A stretch of DNA of 64,000 nt, taken from assembly GCA_050250895.1 (NCBI GenBank), contig JBFWNU010000001.1, positions 2,436,891 to 2,500,890 of the forward strand, in the 5' to 3' direction. The DNA comes from Vulcanimicrobiota bacterium. Its GTDB lineage: Bacteria; Vulcanimicrobiota; Xenobia; Xenobiales; JADMJV01. Position 1 is the first letter of the stretch. Each line of letters starts with the position of its first letter. The position numbers and the translations under genes are program-made. The notes beneath the pieces were generated by a model. That model did no database searches, had not been told where the DNA came from, and saw only the letters and a program-made list of their open reading frames with translations. Below, piece after piece: positions 54,889-64,000 of this stretch.

Positions 54889-57800
54889 GAGATCTCCTGG
54901 TTGAGAAAGGCCTCGTCGGGTGTCTCTCCGGCCTCGGCTTTGGTTTTGGCTTCTTGCAGCCAGGTCTTGGCAGCGTCGCTCAGGTTGGCAGCCGCCAGCC
55001 CCTTCTTGGCGGCTGCGGCGGCCTCGTCGTTTTCACCGGCTTCAGCCAGAACCTTGACTTTGGCCACGTGGGCCGGCGCGTAGTCGGCATCGAGCCCCAG
55101 GGCGTTGTCGAAGGCCTTGGTCGCTTCTTGAGTCTTCTTCAGGCGGCCGTAAGCCGTTCCCAGGTCGACATAGACCTCGGCCTGAGGGTCGCCCTGCAGC
55201 AACTTTCTGAACTGGACCACCGCCAGGGTGTCCTTGCCGACGTGACAGTAGGCTCGAGCCAGATGCAAAAGATAGCCCGGCTCCTCGCCATTCTTCTTCT
55301 GCAAGTCGCGATAGAAGTCGATCAGTTTGCGAGCGTTGCCGGCGTCGCCGATCAAGGCGTAGATACCCCGATGAGCCGCTTTGTCGTGGGGATTCTCGTT
55401 GAGCTTGTCCCGGTAGAAATCGAGGGCCTCGTCGGGATCGCTGGGGGCATCGGCGTAAGACTCGGCCGAGGCGGCCGGAGCAGCTTTAGCCGGAGGCTCG
55501 GCGGCAGGGGCCTCTTCGGTCACAGGTTCTTCCACGGCAGGCTCTTCAGCCGCCGGCTCGGGCTCGGGCTCGGGCTCAGGCTCAGGCTCGGGAGCGGTCT
55601 CGGCTGTAGCCTCTTCGTGGCCCGGCTCGAGTTCGAGGACCTTTTCGAAGTGGGCCCTGGCCTGGTCGGCTTCGCCAGCCTCTTTGGCCTGGCGTGCGGC
55701 CACCAGATGAACGCGCACCTGATCGTCTTTAAGAGAAAGCTCGCCAAACAGGGCGATGGCCTCGTCCAGTTTGCCTTCCTTTTCGAGTTCTTCCGCTTCG
55801 GCTTTGCGTAGCGCGGGAATCTCGGCTTGGGCTTTCTCGTTCTCGGGATCGCGGACCAGTAATTTCTCCCATACTTCGCGGGCCGCCACGGCTCCGCCGG
55901 CCGCAAGCGCCGACTGAGCCCAACTGCTAAAGGTCTCGCCCGCCTGGGTCTTGGCCTCGGGGTGATCGGCCTGCTCGCCCAACAGCCGATCGTAGGTGGC
56001 GACAGCTTCTTCGAACTGCTCGTCAGACCTCTGTTTCTCGGCCCAGGCCAGCAATACGGCCGCCCGTGTGGGAGCCAGTTCGGCATGCTCGGGCTCGGCT
56101 TCGGCGACCTGATCGAGGGTGGCCAGAGCTTGTTCGAACTCCCCCGCCTCTTTCTGTTCGCCGGCCGTCTTGAGCAGCGGCCCCACCTTGTCGGACAAGC
56201 CTTCGGCTGCCGCCGGGTCAAGCTCGGCCAACTTGGCCACAAGGGCCTGGGCGGCCTCCCCGCGGCCGTCAGCCTCGAGGGACTGAATCCAGGCCTGATA
56301 GAGCCGGATCCGGTCACCTTTGCTCTCGTCCGTCTCACCCAGCACTCCGATGGCCTTTTCATACTCGCCTTCGGCCTCGAGGGACTGAGCCCAGTTGGAG
56401 CGCAAGGCGGCCAATCGCTCGTCGACCACGGCCGCGTCGGGAGCCTCTTCGCGCAGCTTCTCATAAAGCTCGATGGCAGCTTCGAACTCGCCTTCGGCCT
56501 CTTTAGCCTTGGCCTCACCCGCCGATAGATCGAAGAGGCGGGATTTTGCCTCGGCGTGGTCGGATTGCTCGGACAGTAATTGGGCCACCACGCCCTTGGC
56601 GGCGTCGACATGGCCATCGTCTTCCAGCAGCTTGGCCCACTCGAGGTGCAGTCGAGCCAACTCCTCAGCAGGAGCGCCACCCGGCGTCTTGCGCAGATTC
56701 TCGATGGCTCCCTCGAATTCGCCCTCGGCCTCGAGCTGCTTGGCCCAGGCCAGATAGATTCGCCCCAGTTCTTGCTGGGCGTCCTCGGAGTCAGCGTTTT
56801 TCTCGAGAAAACCGTTCCAGACCTCGGCGGCCGCGCCGAATTCGCCTTCGGCCACGCGGGACTTCGCCCATTCGCGATGCAACCGCAATAGTTGTTCGGC
56901 CGCCACCTCGTTGTCGGGCAGTTCGCTCTGCAGGCTCTGATAGGCAGCCACGGCTTGTTCCCATTCGCCGGTTGCTTCGCTTTGCTCCGACCAGGCTGCG
57001 TAGAGGCGAGCCAGTTCCTCTTTGGCCTTGTCGGCCTGCTCGCCCTCGAGCTGAGGGCGCCACAGGGCCAGGGCCTGTTCGAACTCGCCTTCGGCCTCGA
57101 GCTGCTCGGCTTGTTCGGCCAGACTCGGTCCTTCCTCGACGGGGGCTTCCTCGGCCTGCTCCTCGGCGGGGGCTTCCTCGGCCTGCTCCTCGGCGGGGGC
57201 TTCCTCGGCTTGCTCGTCGGCGGGGGCTTCCTCGGCTTGCTCGTCGGCGGGGGCTTCCTCGGCTTGCTCGTCGGCGGGGGCTTCCTCGGCTTGCTCCTCG
57301 GCGGGGGCTTCTTCGGCCTGCTCCTCGGCGGGGGCTTCCTCGGCTTGCTCCTCGGCGGGAGCTTCCTCGGCGGGAGCTTCCTCGGCCTGCTCCTCGGCGG
57401 GGGCTTCCTCGGCCTGCTCCTCGGCGGGGGCTTCCTCGGCTTGCTCCTCGGCGGGGGCTTCCTCGGCTTGCTCCTCGGCGGGGGCTTCCTCGGCCTGCTC
57501 CTCGGCGGGGGCTTCCTCGGCCTGCTCTTCGGCGGCGGGTGCTACTTCGGCCTCGGCGGCAGGGCCGGCCAGGGCTTCTTGGAGCGCGGCCGACCGCTGG
57601 GCAGCCTCGGCGTTGCCGGGGTCAAGCGCGAGCACGGCCTGATAGGTGGCCAGCGCCTCTTCGGGCTGGTTGTTCTGCTCGTGAGCCCTGGCCAGGGCGG
57701 CAAACCCGGCTGCCGACGGCTCGAGTTCGGTGGCCTTGCTCAACCAGTTGACCGCCTCGGCCCAGTTCTCTTCGCGAACGTAAGTCTCGCCGATCTTGAG

Positions 57801-60566
57801 GGTCGCGCCGGGGTGGTCGGCCTGCATCTCGAGCACCCGCTCGAAACGCTGGCGAGCCTTGTCGGCTTTGCCCAGCTCGAGGAAGTCGCAAGCCATTTCA
57901 AAGGCGTCTTGAACCTCGTGCGAGCTGGGCTCGTCGCCGGGTAAGAGCGCCTCGACCGAACCGCTCGCCTCGACCGGCTCTTCTTTCTGCAGGCCTGCCA
58001 GCTCTTGCTCGAACTGGCCCGAGAGCTCGCTGTCGCCGGCACTCTGGGCCAGCGTCTTGCCAGCGGTGAAGAGGCTGGTGGCTTGCGCTTCGTCGCCCTG
58101 AGAGAGGACGAACTTGCCGAAGTGGAGGTAGGCCTTATAGTGGGTGGGATCTTTCTCGATGATGCTGGCGAACAGTTCGCCAGCTTCGGCCTCACGGCCG
58201 GTAACCTGAGCCAGGATGGCCTTTTCGAGGATCTCGTCGAGGTCCGCTTTGGCCGGCTCCGACTTGGCGGGCGGGGCGGGCGTGACGGCGGGTTGTTCTT
58301 CAAGCTGGTCGAAGACCATGCGGGCCGTGTCGGGCACGACCGGGTCGGCGGCCGATACGGGGGCGGGGGGAGCGACCGGCGGGGGTGGCGCCACCGGTTC
58401 GGGGGGCCTGGCTGCCACCGGAGGGGCCACCGGCGTGGGTGGAGCCACCGGGGTGGGAGGGGCCACAGGGGTCGGTGTCGCCACGGGGGCCGGGCGGACC
58501 GGCTCGGGACGAGGCAACTTCTCGCCAAAGAGCGCCTCGAGCCGCTCGTAACCAGGCTCGTTGTGAGGATCGAGTTCGACCACTTTGTTGTAGGCCAGTT
58601 TGGCGTCGTGCTCGCGGCCCACGGCCTCGTAAGCCTGACCGAGGCCAAAGTGGAAGTCGACGCGTTCGGGGGCCAGGCGAGTGAGACGTAGGTATTGGTC
58701 GAGGGCGTCTTCCCATTTGCCCTGCTGGGAGCACAGCTTGGCGCTGGTCTCGCGGAGGGGAATGTTCTCGGGATCGAGCTGCAGGGCCCGGCGAATCTCT
58801 TGATTGGCCTTTTCGGGGTGGCCGGCTTCGGCCAGGGCCAGGGCGTATTTCGTGAGGAAATCGGGATTCTCGCGGTTTTCGTCTAGTTTGCGCTCGAAGA
58901 ACTGCAGGGCGCGTTCGGGCTGGCCCATGCCCACGTAGGCTTCGCCCAGACTCACCATGGAGGGCGTGTGGGACGGATCGACATCGAGAGCTTGCTGGAA
59001 GAAGTCGACACCGATGCTCGGCTTGCCGCGATGCTTTAGATAGACGATGCCCAGGCCGTGCAGAGCGTTGACGTAGCGAGGGTCGAGACGGACCGCGTCT
59101 TGATAGGACTCGAAGGCGTACTCGGGCATGTCGAGCGCCAGAAAGGCGTCGGCCAGGCGGCACCGAGCAATGACCGACTCGGGGTTGAGTTCGACCACCT
59201 TGCGGTACATCGAGATCGCGTCGTCGACGGCGCCAGCCTTCATCTGGACATCGGCCAGCAAGAAGTTGGTGTCTAGATCGTTGGGGTTTAGCTTGATGGC
59301 CTGACGCAGCTCGGCGATGGCCTCTTCGGAGCTGCCTTTGGTCAGCAGCGCCTTGGCCAGGTTGAGGTGATACTGAGCGTCTTGCGGCTTGAGTTCGACC
59401 GCTCGGCGATAGGCCTCGATAGCCTTTTCGAGCTGGTTGAGTTCTTCGCGCATCAGGCCGAGGTTGTAGCAGGCGTAGGCGTCTTTCGGGTTGAGGCGGG
59501 CAGCCTCGCCGTAGTGGACGGCGGCCGAGTCGAAGTCGCGCTGGCGGTGGTAGGCCTGGGCTAGATTGTAGTGGGCGTACGAATCCGACGGATTGATTTC
59601 GAGGGCTTTCTTGAACCCTTCGATGGCCTTGTCGAGGTTGCCCAGCTGCATGCAGGTCGTGCCCAGCTCGTAAATGGCCTCGGCCGAGGTAGGATTAAGC
59701 TCGACCGCTTTTTCGTAGCAGTGGATGGCCAGGTCGGGCCGGTGCATCTGTTTGCAGCACTCCGCCAGATGCATGTGGACCTCGGGTGATTTCGGGTCGA
59801 AATCGAGAGCCCTTTGATACTGCTGCATAGCCCGCTTGTATTTAGTCTGCTTCATATAGACGCGACCGAGGGCGAAGTGGAAGCGAGCCGACTCGGGATC
59901 GAGTTCGATGGCTCGCTCGAGGTGGCGTACGGCCAGAGCGCTCATATTTTCGCGCTCGTAGATGAGGCCGAGTTGATGGTGCGAGTCGGCAAAACGCGGG
60001 TTGGCGTCGACGGCCCGCTTGAAATTGTTGATGGCCAGTTTGTTCTGACCCAGCGCGCTGTAGATCTCTCCGCACTGGACATAGGCTTCCCACAGGCTAG
60101 GATTGATGTCGAGAGCGCGTTTGAGGCTCTGCAAGGCTAGCTCTGGCTTCTGGAAATACTTGTAGGCTGCACCCAGTTGGTAGTGGGCGAAGGCGTCCTT
60201 GGGATTGATGACGATGGGACGCTCGAACTGCTGGATGGCCGAGTCTAGCTTGCCTTTGTAGAGAGCCAGGTTCTCGGGAATGGTAAACGTGTTGTGCAGA
60301 TTCGGCTCGTATTCGAAGGCCCGAGCCCACTCTTGCAGGGCTAACGGTAGCTCGCCGCCTTTGGCGAAAAGAAAACCGCGATGCAAAAAGGAGAGCGCAT
60401 GCCTCGAGTTGAGCTTGATAGCCTTTTCATACTGCTTGACCGCCTCGGCCGTGTTACCCGCCTCTTCGTAGGCCAACCCCAACTTGAAGTGGGCATCAGG
60501 GTTGTCGGGCTGTAACTTGACCAGGGTCGAGTATTTCTGGATATCTGGTGAGGTGACTTCGGCCAT
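54885..60566 (-). CDS. Giant tetratricopeptide-repeat protein
   Basis: Many canonical TPRs, Pro-rich linker, acidic repeats; AGGAG RBS. Confidence 0.9.
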   Translation of the reverse strand: MAEVTSPDIQKYSTLVKLQPDNPDAHFKLGLAYEEAGNTAEAVKQYEKAIKLNSRHALSFLHRGFLFAKGGELPLALQEWARAFEYEPNLHNTFTIPENLALYKGKLDSAIQQFERPIVINPKDAFAHYQLGAAYKYFQKPELALQSLKRALDINPSLWEAYVQCGEIYSALGQNKLAINNFKRAVDANPRFADSHHQLGLIYERENMSALAVRHLERAIELDPESARFHFALGRVYMKQTKYKRAMQQYQRALDFDPKSPEVHMHLAECCKQMHRPDLAIHCYEKAVELNPTSAEAIYELGTTCMQLGNLDKAIEGFKKALEINPSDSYAHYNLAQAYHRQRDFDSAAVHYGEAARLNPKDAYACYNLGLMREELNQLEKAIEAYRRAVELKPQDAQYHLNLAKALLTKGSSEEAIAELRQAIKLNPNDLDTNFLLADVQMKAGAVDDAISMYRKVVELNPESVIARCRLADAFLALDMPEYAFESYQDAVRLDPRYVNALHGLGIVYLKHRGKPSIGVDFFQQALDVDPSHTPSMVSLGEAYVGMGQPERALQFFERKLDENRENPDFLTKYALALAEAGHPEKANQEIRRALQLDPENIPLRETSAKLCSQQGKWEDALDQYLRLTRLAPERVDFHFGLGQAYEAVGREHDAKLAYNKVVELDPHNEPGYERLEALFGEKLPRPEPVRPAPVATPTPVAPPTPVAPPTPVAPPVAARPPEPVAPPPPVAPPAPVSAADPVVPDTARMVFDQLEEQPAVTPAPPAKSEPAKADLDEILEKAILAQVTGREAEAGELFASIIEKDPTHYKAYLHFGKFVLSQGDEAQATSLFTAGKTLAQSAGDSELSGQFEQELAGLQKEEPVEASGSVEALLPGDEPSSHEVQDAFEMACDFLELGKADKARQRFERVLEMQADHPGATLKIGETYVREENWAEAVNWLSKATELEPSAAGFAALARAHEQNNQPEEALATYQAVLALDPGNAEAAQRSAALQEALAGPAAEAEVAPAAEEQAEEAPAEEQAEEAPAEEQAEEAPAEEQAEEAPAEEQAEEAPAEEQAEEAPAEEAPAEEQAEEAPAEEQAEEAPAEEQAEEAPADEQAEEAPADEQAEEAPADEQAEEAPAEEQAEEAPAEEQAEEAPVEEGPSLAEQAEQLEAEGEFEQALALWRPQLEGEQADKAKEELARLYAAWSEQSEATGEWEQAVAAYQSLQSELPDNEVAAEQLLRLHREWAKSRVAEGEFGAAAEVWNGFLEKNADSEDAQQELGRIYLAWAKQLEAEGEFEGAIENLRKTPGGAPAEELARLHLEWAKLLEDDGHVDAAKGVVAQLLSEQSDHAEAKSRLFDLSAGEAKAKEAEGEFEAAIELYEKLREEAPDAAVVDERLAALRSNWAQSLEAEGEYEKAIGVLGETDESKGDRIRLYQAWIQSLEADGRGEAAQALVAKLAELDPAAAEGLSDKVGPLLKTAGEQKEAGEFEQALATLDQVAEAEPEHAELAPTRAAVLLAWAEKQRSDEQFEEAVATYDRLLGEQADHPEAKTQAGETFSSWAQSALAAGGAVAAREVWEKLLVRDPENEKAQAEIPALRKAEAEELEKEGKLDEAIALFGELSLKDDQVRVHLVAARQAKEAGEADQARAHFEKVLELEPGHEEATAETAPEPEPEPEPEPEPAAEEPAVEEPVTEEAPAAEPPAKAAPAASAESYADAPSDPDEALDFYRDKLNENPHDKAAHRGIYALIGDAGNARKLIDFYRDLQKKNGEEPGYLLHLARAYCHVGKDTLAVVQFRKLLQGDPQAEVYVDLGTAYGRLKKTQEATKAFDNALGLDADYAPAHVAKVKVLAEAGENDEAAAAAKKGLAAANLSDAAKTWLQEAKTKAEAGETPDEAFLNQEIS
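57141..57533 (-). repeat. 27-bp coding tandem repeat (AEEQAEEAP)n
   Basis: About 14 copies of GGGGCTTCCTCGGCYTGCTCSTCGGCG plus one 15-bp partial unit. Confidence 0.92.
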
Positions 60567-60797
60567 TCGGCTTCTCCTAGAGACTAGTCCACCAAAGCGA
60601 AAATACCCGCGCAGGCCACTGGCCAGCTACCCGGGCGCGATAGGTGAAGTATACTAACGAATCTAGTCCGATCTCTGGTTACGATACGCAATGATTTTTC
60701 GACAGCGTCATATTCCAGACAAACTCGGGCAGGTCCTTCACTTCAAAGACTTCGCCGTTTTAACAGGGCCCGTCCATCCTGCCTTGAAGTATCTGCG

Positions 60798-61331
60798 ATG
60801 CTTAGCTACGGTGAAGTTCGGTTGTGGCCTCTAGAGCGGCCAGACCTGGTTCAGAACTACCAGTGGGCCAACGATCGCGAACTGATCGAACTGGCTGGAA
60901 TGACGCCAAAACCCAAGACCGGACCCGAACTCGAGCGCTGGTATGAATCGATTCTGGGGGCGGCTGACCTTCAGATCTTCTCGATCAAGCTGGCTGACCA
61001 CACTTACGTAGGAAATATCGAGCTGCGCTCCATCGACCAGCGCTCAGGCAAGGCCGAAGTGGGAGTGATCGTTGGCTCGCGTGACCATTGGGGGCGGGGC
61101 CTGGGACGCCAGGCCATCGAGGCCGTAGCCGCCTATGCTTTTCGAGAACTGCGTCTGCACCGGCTTTACGCTCGGGTGTTGTCGCTCAATCCGCGCGCTT
61201 TGAAGGTGTTCGAGCGGTGCGGCTTTCGGGCCGAAGGAATTGAACGAGAAGCCCACTTTTCGGGCGGTCGTTATGCGGATATCCATATACTAGGACTATT
61301 AGCCTCGGAATGGGGCGCGGAGGGACTATGA
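60798..61331 (+). CDS. GNAT (RimJ/RimL) acetyltransferase
   Basis: HWGRGLG, LRLHRL, NPRA..FERCGF. Confidence 0.88.
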   Translation: MLSYGEVRLWPLERPDLVQNYQWANDRELIELAGMTPKPKTGPELERWYESILGAADLQIFSIKLADHTYVGNIELRSIDQRSGKAEVGVIVGSRDHWGRGLGRQAIEAVAAYAFRELRLHRLYARVLSLNPRALKVFERCGFRAEGIEREAHFSGGRYADIHILGLLASEWGAEGL

Positions 61332-62350
61332 GACCAATCGAGTGGCGCGAAGACCACGTAACCCTGATTGACCAGCGGCTCTTGCCGCTCGAAGAGGTGT
61401 GGGTGCGATGCCAGGACTACCGGGAAGTAGCGCGGGCCATCCGCGAGATGTGGATTCGAGGTGCGCCGGCCATCGGCATTGCGGCCGCCTACGGCCTGGC
61501 TTTGACGGCCGTCCATCATGACGGTGACGCGGCTAGCCTCAAGGCGGCCCTGGCCGACGCTTCGCGGGTCCTGGCCGCGACCCGACCGACGGCCGTCAAT
61601 CTGTTCTGGGCCCTGGAAAGGGTCGAGAAGGCGGCTCAGCGCGGCGCCAGTCTCGAGGAGATGCGCCGGCTGGCCGTGGATGAGGCCCGCCAACTCGCCA
61701 GCGAAGACGAGGAGATGTGCCGCAGCATTGGTCGTCACGGAGCCGAGTTGATTCCGCAGGGCGCCCGGGTTTTGACGCATTGCAACGCCGGCGCCCTGGC
61801 CACCGGCGACTATGGGACCGCTCTGGGGGTAATCCGGGCCGCTCGCGACCGGCTCTCGATGGTTTGGGTCGACGAGACCAGACCCTTTCTGCAGGGAGCC
61901 CGCCTCACCGCCTGGGAGCTGGTCAACGAGAAGATCCCATGCAAGTTGATTTGCGACAACATGGCCGGCCATTTCATGAGCCGGGGTCAGGTCGATGCGG
62001 TGGTGGTCGGAGCCGACCGGGTCACCGCCAGCGGCGATGTCGCCAACAAAATCGGTACCTACACGCTGGCCGTCCTCTGCCGCTATCACGACATCCCGTT
62101 CTACGTGGCCGCTCCCTATTCGACCATCGACATGTCGCTGCAGGCTGGGGCTGACATCCCCATCGAAGAGCGGCCGAGCGATGAGGTGACCGACTTTGGC
62201 GCCCGCCGGGTGGCTCCCCTCGAGGTCGAGGTGGCCAATCCCGCCTTCGATGTCACCCCCAGCGAGCTAGTGACGGCCCTCATCACCGAGCGCGGCGTGC
62301 TGAAGGCTCCCTATCGCGAGAGCATCGCTCGCGTGATGGCCAGGGTGTGA
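61328..62350 (+). CDS. mtnA: S-methyl-5-thioribose-1-phosphate isomerase
   Basis: DQRLLP, IRGAPAIG, RPTAVNL, THCNAGALAT, DETRP, ANKIGTY, NPAFDVTP. Confidence 0.95.
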   Translation: MRPIEWREDHVTLIDQRLLPLEEVWVRCQDYREVARAIREMWIRGAPAIGIAAAYGLALTAVHHDGDAASLKAALADASRVLAATRPTAVNLFWALERVEKAAQRGASLEEMRRLAVDEARQLASEDEEMCRSIGRHGAELIPQGARVLTHCNAGALATGDYGTALGVIRAARDRLSMVWVDETRPFLQGARLTAWELVNEKIPCKLICDNMAGHFMSRGQVDAVVVGADRVTASGDVANKIGTYTLAVLCRYHDIPFYVAAPYSTIDMSLQAGADIPIEERPSDEVTDFGARRVAPLEVEVANPAFDVTPSELVTALITERGVLKAPYRESIARVMARV

Positions 62351-63372
62351 AGAAGAAGCTCACCGCGGGACAGTTTCTCGAGGCGGCGGGCCCCCCGGCC
62401 TCTGAGGTATTGCTGCTCGAGGCCAGCGACGACTTCCTCGAGGAACAGGTGCTCAACCGCCTGCGGGCCGACCTGCTCGAGCCCGGTTTCGAGGATTTCA
62501 ACTACCAGATGATTCGCTGTTCGCGCACCACCGGGGCGGGCGTTCTGCTGGACGCCCTGGCCGAGTTGCCGGTGATGACCGAACGACGCCTGCTGGTCTT
62601 GCGCGAAGTGGATTTGCTGGCCGAGTCGACCTCGCAAGCGCTGGCCCTGGGGCTGGGCGAGGGGCGGGCCCAGGGCCTCGTGGCGGTGCTGACCTTCGCG
62701 CCCTCGCGTAAAAAGAGCAAGCCTGCGGCCTTGGACGCGGCCGCCAAATTGGGTCCGGTCATCAGTTGCTCGATGCCCGCCGAGGAGGCCCTCCACTGGG
62801 CCCGCGACCAGCTGAACGCGCTCGGCGTCAGCTCGGCCGGCGGCGCCCTCGAAGAGCTGATGGCCCGAGTGGGCGAGAACCTGCGGTCGGTTCGCTCTCA
62901 CCTGGAGCGCCTCGCCATGTTGGTGGGCAAGGGCGGAAAGATCACCAAGAAGCAGGTGCAAGAACTGGTTCCGTTTTCGTCCACGGTGCAGATGTGGAAG
63001 CTCACGGCTGCTATCGGAGGACGCAAACTGGGTGAGGCGGTGACCATTCTCGACGCCCAACTCGACCGCGGCGAGAATGCCGGCAGCATCCTGGGCTATC
63101 TCAACAGCTATCTGGTTTCGTTGGTCCAGACGGGTGGTCTCTTCAAGCGCCTGGGCTCGGCGGCGGCGGTGTCCAAGGCCATGCCCAACAAGAAAGAGTT
63201 TCAGATCAAAAAGACCTTGCAGGAACTCAAGACCTGGGGAGGGCGCGATCTCGAGCAAGCCTTCGAGATGATGGCCCGGGCCGACCAGCGCCTAAAGACC
63301 GGTAGCGAAGCCAGGCTGGTCTTACAGCTGCTGCTATTTCAGCTGTGCAATCGTCGCCCGGCTAAGGGATGA
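62347..63372 (+). CDS. holA: DNA polymerase III delta subunit
   Basis: DFNY, LPVMTERRLLV, VGENL, ADQRLKTG. Confidence 0.8.
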   Translation: MKKKLTAGQFLEAAGPPASEVLLLEASDDFLEEQVLNRLRADLLEPGFEDFNYQMIRCSRTTGAGVLLDALAELPVMTERRLLVLREVDLLAESTSQALALGLGEGRAQGLVAVLTFAPSRKKSKPAALDAAAKLGPVISCSMPAEEALHWARDQLNALGVSSAGGALEELMARVGENLRSVRSHLERLAMLVGKGGKITKKQVQELVPFSSTVQMWKLTAAIGGRKLGEAVTILDAQLDRGENAGSILGYLNSYLVSLVQTGGLFKRLGSAAAVSKAMPNKKEFQIKKTLQELKTWGGRDLEQAFEMMARADQRLKTGSEARLVLQLLLFQLCNRRPAKG

Positions 63373-64000
63373 GCACCAGATTGCCGCAAGCCCCTGGCTC
63401 GAGCACTTGACGGTGGGCCTGGGCGGCTTCAACGAGCGGCAAGGCCTCACGCACGATCGGTTTGAGCACCCCGCTGGCCAGGCCCGCCTGTAACCCGGCG
63501 TGGATCCGGCGGTGTTCCTCGGGGGTGGCGTTGAACAGGGCCATCCCCCGGATGGTGAGTTCCTTGCCCATGGTCTTGCGCGGGTCGATCTCGACGCGGC
63601 CACGATTGCCCACCACCACCACCGTGCCCCCCGACGCCAGTTCGTCGAGATCGCGGTCGAGGTTGCGATTGGCCAGCATTTCGAGGATCAGCTCGTAGGG
63701 GCCGTCGGTCTGAGCGTGCTCCACGGCCGTCTCGGCGCCCTGGGCCAGCAAGAGAGCTCGACCTGCCTCGCTGCTGGCGGTGGCGGTAACGCGCAGACCG
63801 CGGGCCACGGCCAGCTGAATCGCGGCCAGGCCCACCGCCCCGCTGCCCCCACGCACCAGCAGGCGCTGGCCCGGCTGGGCCTGACCGCGATGAAACAAGG
63901 CTTGATAGGCGGTGGCGTAGGGCACTCCCAAGGTGGCTCCCTGTTCGAAGCTGACCCCCGCGGGCAAGGGATGAACCTGGTCAGGGCTGCACAGGCAGTA
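63362..64000 (-). CDS. NADPH:quinone reductase (zeta-crystallin/MDR), 5' partial
   Basis: GVPYATAY, GGSGAVG, EMLAN, VVGNRG. Confidence 0.88.
   Translation of the reverse strand, partial: YCLCSPDQVHPLPAGVSFEQGATLGVPYATAYQALFHRGQAQPGQRLLVRGGSGAVGLAAIQLAVARGLRVTATASSEAGRALLLAQGAETAVEHAQTDGPYELILEMLANRNLDRDLDELASGGTVVVVGNRGRVEIDPRKTMGKELTIRGMALFNATPEEHRRIHAGLQAGLASGVLKPIVREALPLVEAAQAHRQVLEPGACGNLVLIP

Noticed and set aside
57141-57533. Possible CRISPR array
   Set aside because: Head-to-tail repeats with no spacers, in frame within a CDS, and no cas genes

Overview
High-GC, gene-dense bacterial chromosomal window with no phage, transposase, integrase, rRNA or CRISPR array. The lineage is inferred to be Terrabacteria, possibly Ca. 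Eremiobacterota/Vulcanimicrobiota, from the pilin-like motif, a Gram-positive-type LexA box and sigma-H-like promoters; this is unverified. Recognisable genes include def, pepP-like, mutM, mgtE, acs, mtnA, holA, tRNA-fMet, an LmrA/YxaF TetR with two operators, an ECF sigma/anti-sigma pair and a 1893-aa TPR protein with a 27-bp tandem repeat. Most notable: (1) two apparently homologous unannotated structured RNAs (about 6190-6476 and 7686-7790, minus strand) sharing CCUCCUGCA and UGGCGUGGA loops at near-identical spacing in different stems; (2) a phosphoramidate (Cj1418/Cj1415-like) glycan-modification cluster with a sulfotransferase-fold protein that may be a new phosphoramidate transferase; (3) a chimeric membrane protein joining a FliG-N-like domain and an FlhA cytoplasmic domain outside any flagellar cluster; (4) a recurrent AGG-N18/19-GAA promoter motif before at least 14 genes, mostly 9-11 nt from the start codon; (5) further small-RNA or riboswitch candidates. 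All family calls come from motif recognition by eye; no searches were run.
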